The position numbers were made by a program, and so were the translations under genes. Of a stretch of 32,069 nt of DNA, positions 24,819 to 32,069 are shown piece after piece. Below the pieces are notes generated by a model, which was not told the origin of the DNA, searched no databases, and saw nothing but the letters and a program-made list of their open reading frames with translations. The DNA is taken from the NCBI GenBank assembly GCA_002633005.1, contig NMRA01000637.1, positions 95,084-127,152 on the forward strand, written 5' to 3'. Within the stretch, counting starts at the first letter, position 1. Every line of letters starts with the position of its first letter. The stretch is from Phoronis australis (lineage: Eukaryota; Animalia; Phoronida).

Positions 24819-26407
24819 TGATGGAAAGGTAGGCATAGATCTCAACTTTGGTCAATGAAAGTCTTCTCTTGTCAATCAATGTCAATGGTGTCCAACCCTG
24901 CAGACTTCATACGAGCCACAAACTAGATGGAAAATATTTCCAGGGTTCCATGTCAGTAAAACGAAGGTTCAATACTCCGAAGGTCCAGTACTCAGAATGC
25001 CCTTTACACCGAAGGTTCGTTATCTTCTAAAGATCACTACTTTGAATTTCCACTATTCCAAAACCAGGGCCCGGTCTATAATCTTTGTACTCGAAACAAA
25101 CTGGAAAATACTTTTGGCAATTTTTTCTGCTCATTTTGTGCGAATTCAAGATAACTGGTTATCAGATGGTGCTCGAATAATTATAGTTCATGCATATGAG
25201 TTTCTAGTTCAAATTTGCACTTAAAAGCCCTCATACGCGTGTTACAAACTCGAGTAAAAACTCGAAACTTCGAGTTTAAACTCAAACTTTTAGGTTTAAT
25301 GTTTGATTTTCAACTGCAAACTAGGACTAATCAATCATCCACGTAAGTCATTATGTATTCGAGCATTGAGTAATGGACACTTATCTTGAGTTTGCTCAAA
25401 AGTACATTGAAAAATGTCAAACATTATTTCGAGCTTCATTTCAAGTAAAAGGATTCGAGACTGGGCCCAGAACTCAGACAGTTCACTGCTTTGGTTGTGT
25501 GATCGCGACTCATTCTCAAGCAGAGATAACATCTGGGGCACGGCTGCAGCGACCAACGGCGGTTTCAAATTTAAGAAGACAGAATGGGACTCCCTGACTT
25601 CAGTCGTGAGGACTGGCAGGGACAGGGTGGCCTAGTAACTTCATTTAGTTTCGACCTGGCCGTGTGAGTCGTGCTGCGATTCGATCTTGACATGGATTTG
25701 ATGAATTGTGTCATGGCCGATAATTCATCAGTATTCCTACTTCATATCATTTTAAAATGCAAGTGCGTACTTATTTTAGACATGCGGGCAATTTCGCATG
25801 CGCATGAAATCTGACTACCGTTTCTAGTTGTGCTGGCCAGCTGGAGACGGTGGTCACTGTCTACATAAACCCAAACAAAGTGTTTTAGTGCCAGGGCGTT
25901 GTTTTCGGTATAGGTGCATCTAATAGCCGAAATATGGTTTATTTTAGCATGTAAATGTATTAAAATCACCTGAGTTTGAAAGTTTAGATATTTTTGGAGC
26001 GGTGAATCTTCGGAATGGTGAATCGTTGAAGTAGTGACCATTCGGAATAGTCAGTGAACCTTCCGAGTAGTAAACTTTCGAAATAGCGGGATGTAAGCAA
26101 CTTAAGTAACACGCTAAAATACAACCAGATATACAAATTTGTTGAGCCATTCGCCAACTAGACTTCATATTTCCGTCTGAGTATCCAATGAGGTGTAATC
26201 ACTCATTTAAGTATGGCTGATGTGAAACTTCGGCAGGAAATAACGCGAGAATGTTCTCTTTTTGGACCACATTACATCCGAATTAGTGTCCTGTTCGTTT
26301 CGAGCAACCGTCACAGCATCCTCGTATCTGGTATTACAAAATCCGTCTCATCTCATGAACATGAATAGTCGTCATGTATACAGATTTCCCTTCCCCCTAA
26401 TTAAGCT
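24819..26407 (+). repeat. Arm A of a 1.6-kb inverted repeat (composite, TE-derived)
   Basis: Colinear reverse-complement match to 28776-30373 from tgatggaaa..taggcataga to ttccccctaattaagct, roughly 80% identity by eye. Confidence 0.93.
25068..25467. mobile_element. 400-bp MITE with long TIRs and CAG TSD (Harbinger-related), nested in arm A
   Basis: cag|ggcccggtctataatc ... gattcgagactgggcc|cag. TIR similarity extends about 90 bp. Confidence 0.8.
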
Positions 26408-26677
26408 AATGAATGAATCACACTAAAAGAGTGAAATGGATAAGCAAACTACGGATGTAGAATTAATACAACTAAGCGTCAACGTTGCAGATGGTTTGAA
26501 CAGTTATGTAGAACGGGAATACTGTACTTAAGACAGTGACTGCTTCTTACCGACCTCTGCCGGGCGACCCGGGAAATAAGTCGTGGCAGCGCCGGGTGGT
26601 GACATGAATTTTCCACAAGGAAAATGATACCGTTTTTAAAAGTGGGTACAAGTTTTTTGTGTGTGCATTCCACTCAC

Positions 26678-26970
26678 TGTTTAGGAATAGACCACTCTTC
26701 AGTAGGCCCGAGAAAACCCCATTCAATTACGGCGCGGATCCTCGTCTAAAACAACGTAAATTTGGCTTTATCTAGTCAAACTGTTGAAAAAAACGCTTTG
26801 TGTCACGTGATAAAAAGTATTGGTTTCTGTTTCAAAGAAGCATCCGTAGACAAAAGAATCTTTAGAAACCCCATAATCACACAAGTCTCGAGATGTAGCC
26901 ATGCATTGCTTGCGAGGCGCGTGAATTAATACTTGAAACTGGCTTTTCTCACGATAAGTGTCTTGGGCCC
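26678..26970 (-). promoter_or_regulatory. Third copy of the TRIM exon-1/promoter module, with no adjacent coding exon
   Basis: Aligns over about 290 bp with 3400-3690. Donor GTGAGT at 26677-26672 on minus, GTCACGTGA at 26802-26810, GAAACAGAAACC on minus at 26822-26833. Confidence 0.6.
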
Positions 26971-27468
26971 CTGAACGCAACCCAGCAGCTTCATCGCGTT
27001 AGATTCCTGCAACCGTTGCTTTTGACCCAGGTGCTCGTTTTTTTAGCTCTCTCAAACACAGAGAGCCAATATTTCAGGCCGCCCGCGTGTGAAACTAAAC
27101 TCTTCTCTTACCCAACCCGTTCCCTTCTCACGCGACGCATAAACTGTATTCCCCCTCGTGCACCACGTTAGAACGCGTCTCGATTTATTTTCATGTACAC
27201 TGTATTTGCTTGCGTACAAACCAACTCTGGTCTCGCCTATTACTCCTTATAGACCGGGATCCCAGAGCTTTTTGGTCATGAAAAGGTAACCAATTTTCTT
27301 TGGTGCCACATGGTTGGAAATGGCCGTCTGCCAGGTTCGCTCTGGTAGATGTGGTCAGGGGAGCCAAGAGAATGACACTCAAAAATTGTGCTAGATATTT
27401 TTTTCTGGTAACCACATCAAACTTTCTTGGATACCTACTACGTAATCCACTGTATCAAAATTGGTCAC

Positions 27469-28590
27469 TGCCAGACAATTTCAGTGGTGGGAATTATCAG
27501 CCAGACGTTTATAAACAAGGCAAAATTTGAACTAGATCAATCTAAGAGCTAACCGCATGAAACCAGTTGCAAAATATTCAGCGTGAGCCCCGGTATCGCG
27601 AATGAACACTGCCAGACAATTCTAGTGGTGGGTTAGCCCCCCAGACACGCCCAAATACCCGAGTTAAGCTAGACCAACCCACCAGGTAACCGTTTGAAAC
27701 CAATTGCACGATTTTCAGCATCACTGTACATGGCACAACAGTTAGATGCCAGACAATTTTAGTACTGGGGTGCCCCTGCCAGACGATTATCAAAAGGGGT
27801 TAGAAATTGAGCTAGATCAACCCAAGAGGCAACTGCATGAAACCAGTTGCAAAATATAAGCTGGAAGCCCAAGTATCAAGCATTAATACTGCCAGACAAA
27901 TCTAGTGGTGGTTATCCCCGCCAGACACGCCCAAGTACATGAGTTGAGCTGGATCAACCCACCAGGTAACTGTTTGAAACCAATTGCACGATGTTCAACA
28001 TCACTGTACATAGCACAACAGTAAGATGACAGACAATTTCAGTGGTGGGGTGTTCCTGCCAGATGACTATAAAAAATAATTGCAGGTGGTCTCATACACG
28101 TTGTACCAGGCGTGCGCAGGCCTCTTATGTGGGTCTATTGCACTGATCACCTGGAAATATTTTTATGCTTTATTAATATATGATTAAAACCGAGCTGAGG
28201 AGCTAGAAACCTGGCTCAAGGGTTTAGCAGTGTGACCTGGTGGGACTCGAACCCACGACCTCGAGTAAAGAAAGCGGGCACTTATCAACCAGGCCACATT
28301 GCCTCCTTTGCCAGCCGACTACAGAAAGAGCAAAAATTTGAGGTAAATCAACCAAGAAGTAACCGCATGGAACCAGTTGTAAAATATTCTCCGTAGGCCC
28401 AAGCATTATGAACAAACACTGCGATACACGTCTAGTTGTGGATTAGCCCCGCCACATACGATCAAATATCTGAGTGGAGCCAGATTTACCCGCCTGGTAA
28501 CCGTCTGGAACCGTTTGCATAATGTCGAGCTACATTCTGCATGCAACAAAAGGTACTTTACAGATATTTTCAGCATCGGGGCAGTAGCAT
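27469..28590. repeat. Satellite with ~140-bp monomers in a ~280-bp A/B higher-order repeat
   Basis: tgccagacaa anchors at 27469, 27610, 27747, 27890 and 28027, degenerate ones near 28420 and 28557. Alternate monomers resemble each other more than neighbours do. Confidence 0.9.
28076..28306 (-). mobile_element. tRNA-derived SINE inserted in the satellite
   Basis: On minus: ggaggcaatgtggcctggttgataag (A box) ... ggttcgagtccc (B box), then acccttgagcca (SINE core-like) and an AT-rich tail. Confidence 0.75.
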
Positions 28591-28775
28591 TCAGAGGTTT
28601 GGTCGATGCAGGGGCGAATTTTTATTGGACGCCCCTAATGCCCTGATCAAATGCATATATCCTATTCAGGCCCGTAACCAGCATTGAGCGGGGGTGGTTC
28701 GAATTTCAAGAACGGTGGACCTTTGGTATTTTGCAGACGTCGGCACTGCAGACTTTTCGGTAAGGCACTTGGCGA

Positions 28776-30373
28776 AGCTTAATTAGGGGGAAGGGAAATT
28801 TGTATGCACAACCATGACTCTGAGCTCTATGTTCATGAGATGAGACGGAATTTTTAATAGCAGAAATGAGGATGCTGCGACGGTTGCTCGCAAAGAACGG
28901 GACACAAGTTAGGACGTAATATGGTCCAGAAAGAGAACATTCTCGCATTATCTCCTGCCAAAGTTTCAAATCAGCCATGTTTACATGAGTGATTACACCT
29001 CATTGAATACTAAGAAGAAAATATGAAGTTTAGTCGGCGAATGACTTAACAAATTTGTTTATATGGTTGTATTTTAGCGTGTTACATGTACTTATTATGT
29101 TGCTTACATCACGGAAAATGGGAACAGCCCACAATTTTGAAGGTTCACTACTCGAAGGTTCACCACTCCGAAGATTCACTTCTGCAAAAATATCTAAACT
29201 TTCAAACTCAGACGTGACTTTTAAACTTTTCGGCACGCAAAAATAAACGATATTTCGGTTATTAGATGCACCTGTACCGAAAACAACACCCGGGCACTAA
29301 AACACTTGGTTTGGATTCCATGTAGACAATGATCACCGTCTCATGCTGGCCAGCACAACTAGAAACGGTAGTCAAATTTCATGTGCATGCGAAATTGCTC
29401 GCATGTCTTTCAATGAGTACTCACTTGCATTTTGAAACGGTATGAAGTAGGAATACTGGTGAATTATCAATCATGATACAATTCATCAAATCCACGTCAA
29501 GATCGCATTGCTGCGCGACGCACATGGCCGGGTCGAAACTAAATGAAGTTAGTAGGCCACCCTTTCCCTGGCAGTCGTCACGAAGTCAGGGAGTCCCATT
29601 TAGCCGTCAGGGAGTCCCATTTAGTCTTTGTAAATTGAAACCGCCGCTGGTCGCCGCGGCCGTGCCCCAGACGTTGTCTCTTCTTGAGAAGGAGTCGTGA
29701 TCACACAATCAGAGTAGTGAACTCTCGGAGTTCTGGGCCCAGTCTCGAATCTTTTTACTCAAAATGGAACTCGGCGAAATAATGTTTGGCGTTTTTTAAT
29801 CTGCTTTTGGGCGAACTCAAGATATGTGTCTATTACTCTATGCTCGAGTACAGAATGACTTATTTGCATAATATAATAATCCTAGTTTGCAGTTGACAAA
29901 TCCAACATTAAAGCTAAAAGTTCTGAGTTTGAACTCTAAATTTCGAGTTTTTATTCGGGTTTGTAGCGCGAAAGAAAGTTTTTATGTGCAACCTTGGACT
30001 AGAAACTGATATGCATGAACTATAATTGTTCGAGCACAATATGATAACCACTTATCTTGAGTTCGCACAAAAGGAGAAGAGAAATTGCCGAAAATAATTT
30101 CGAGTTCGTTTCAAGTACAAAGATTAGCGACCGGGACCTGGTTTTGGAACAGTAGTGAATTTTGGAAGAGAACGAACCTTCGGAGCAGTGGGCATTCGGA
30201 GTACTGGACCTTCGGAGTATTAAACCTTCGTCATAATGACATGGAGCCGTGGAAATATTTTCCATCAAGTTTGTAGCTCGTATGAATTCTTCAAGGTTGT
30301 GCACCATTGACATTGATTGACTGGAGAAAATTTTCATTGACCAAAGTTGAGGTCTATGCCTATTTTTCCATCA
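28776..30373 (-). repeat. Arm B of the 1.6-kb inverted repeat
   Basis: Reverse complement of 24819-26407. Carries a private 21-bp tandem duplication at 29585-29626. Confidence 0.93.
29736..30137. mobile_element. Counterpart nested MITE in arm B (CTG TSD)
   Basis: ctg|ggcccagtctcgaatc ... gattagcgaccgggac|ctg, at the same position as in arm A. Confidence 0.8.
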
Positions 30374-31849
30374 TAACGGGAAAATGCTCAACGGTGTATT
30401 CTTAGTGCAAAAAACACTGTAGTTGAATGTCTGGTTTCTTAGCAACGGCGGAGTACTGCCTATAATGAACTTACCGTCAGCGTGTACTAAGAACAGAAAC
30501 GTTCAAACATGTACACGCATGCACGTCAATCCACCAATCCACAATCAAAGTGGACACTAGATGAACAGCATATTTGCATATTTTACGATCACTTTGAATT
30601 CAAAATTGGAAAATACCGAGACTTCTACCGTACTATGCTTGCAATTGAACGAAAATAGCAGAGTTTAAGGCATTTACACCGCACTACATTTTGGGATCTC
30701 TCTTGCTGCTATATACAAAACATTTAGCTTACTTAGGTCGTAGGACTAGACTTTTATGCTTAGGTATAGACATTCACTTCTGGACTAACTTGTTACCCTT
30801 TGGTGTAGCCACCACGCGCGTGGTTTATGAACAATATAAATCCTCCTCTTGCGTGATTCAGTCATCTACACAAACAGCGGCACTCGGGCGAAGTTTGCCG
30901 AGTACGGCCCGATGGCACATGAAGCGCTTTGAAGCAGAAGCAGAAATTCAAAATTATTACTAACTTAGTTAACATTTTAATTAGTTGGACTAGTAGCTGC
31001 AATAATTTTGTTGTTAATGTCCATTCATATCCCTATCTTTAACGAATATTCTGGGGATGGACCTTTTCAGCGAGGGAGGGGTTCGATGGAACCCCCGAAT
31101 CCCGCCTCCGGCTACGGGCCTGTACTATTAAAAATGAAAGTGTAAAGGTGAAGTATAAATTATTATCTTTATTTAATTCAACTGCAGTTCAGCCACTTTC
31201 CAAAAAGATTATACACACTGGGTGGATACCGGGGCCGTCGAAACGGTGACTGAGCAACTTATACAACATCTATTAATAATTAATACGAACGTGCTTTATA
31301 TTCGTTATGAAGACAAAAAGCGAACATTTCCATAGCCCGCATATCTGTGTCGTTCAAATGAAATGATTGTCAATCTAACTAAACTGAAACACTATCAGGA
31401 CTCCTCGTTATACCCACGAAATGTGAATAACATGTTCGCAACATGAACAGAATGTTTTACCTACGTTACAACGTTGATAGTTTCCACGAAATCTAACACG
31501 ACCATACGTACCCAATATCAGGTGCAACAGACGTGTTTCAGCCTTTTTGAAGAACATAATATCAAACATAAAAATACGGACTGTTCCAAAGAGAGGTCAA
31601 CAGCCGATCAACTGAAGTTCTTCCTCTTACGTAGCACTGAGAACGCGCCGTTTTCCAGCACTTCACGTAATATTGGGTCTGCGAATTTCAACTTTTGGTA
31701 AAACATTGTTCCCCATCTGGCGAAGTTCGGGCGGTTATGGGCAAAGAGTACATCTAGCACTGACGGGAAATTCTTGATATAGCCACTGACGTCATTGGTC
31801 TAGACGCATCTCTGGAGTTCTATGTGGGCTCAGTTTATGAGAAAGATGT

Positions 31850-32069
31850 CAGTGGCGGATCTAGGATATCATAAAGGAGGGCCCAATATTTTGTCTCGAG
31901 CGAACGCGTAAAGTTCGGCTGTATGGGCGCAACCAGCCTGAAATCTAGAGGTGCCCGAACTCCTGGGAATGTAGAACTTTTACTAAAAAACGAACGGAGG
32001 ACTAAAAAAAAAACGGAAGACGATTGAGCCGTCGGTGTCGATCAGGCGCGCTTGCAATCGGGTCTGAGC
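31850..32069 (+). mobile_element. Left ends of two nested short DNA-transposon elements running off the window
   Basis: cagtggcggatctagg at 31850. From 31922, tatgggcgcaaccagcc...ggactaaaaaa aligns with 22848-22940. Confidence 0.55.

Larger units (their letters stand above)
28667..31122. mobile_element. Matching CAGGCCCGTA termini enclosing arm B (expanded MITE or two remnants)
   Basis: caggcccgtaaccag at 28667 and ccggctacgggcctg ending at 31122. Flanks tcctatt and tactatt. Confidence 0.5.

Noticed and set aside
26408-26480. Possible continuation of the LINE RT beyond arm A (VCLSISLF*CDSF)
   Set aside because: Similarity is too short and degenerate to support arm A being an insertion into the LINE.
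28229-28306. Functional tRNA gene
   Set aside because: A and B boxes are present, but there is no good acceptor stem and it runs into SINE-like body sequence.

Overview
Eukaryotic draft-assembly window, most likely a marine invertebrate (AT-rich, spliceosomal introns, gaps at 3724-3976, 9522 and 17178). Nothing here looks prokaryotic. (1) A minus-strand tandem cluster of TRIM/RBCC E3 ligase genes. Copy 1 (ATG 981) is open to the window edge and is missing from the ORF track. Copy 2 (ATG 9790) is cut at a single-N join. Each has a putative short non-coding first exon and a conserved E-box promoter module. A third copy of that module lies at about 26.7 kb with no coding exon of its own. (2) A 5.3-kb Ty3/Gypsy-order LTR retrotransposon (14684-20001) with 138-bp LTRs differing at one base, CG...CG termini and a probable 3-bp TSD (Troyka-like), plus a dUTPase-like remnant between protease and RT. 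(3) A decayed CR1/L2-group LINE RT. (4) A 1.6-kb composite inverted repeat (24819-26407 / 28776-30373) bracketing the orphan promoter, a ~140/280-bp higher-order satellite and a tRNA-derived SINE. (5) Several MITEs. All alignments were done by eye; family names come from recalled knowledge and were not database-checked.
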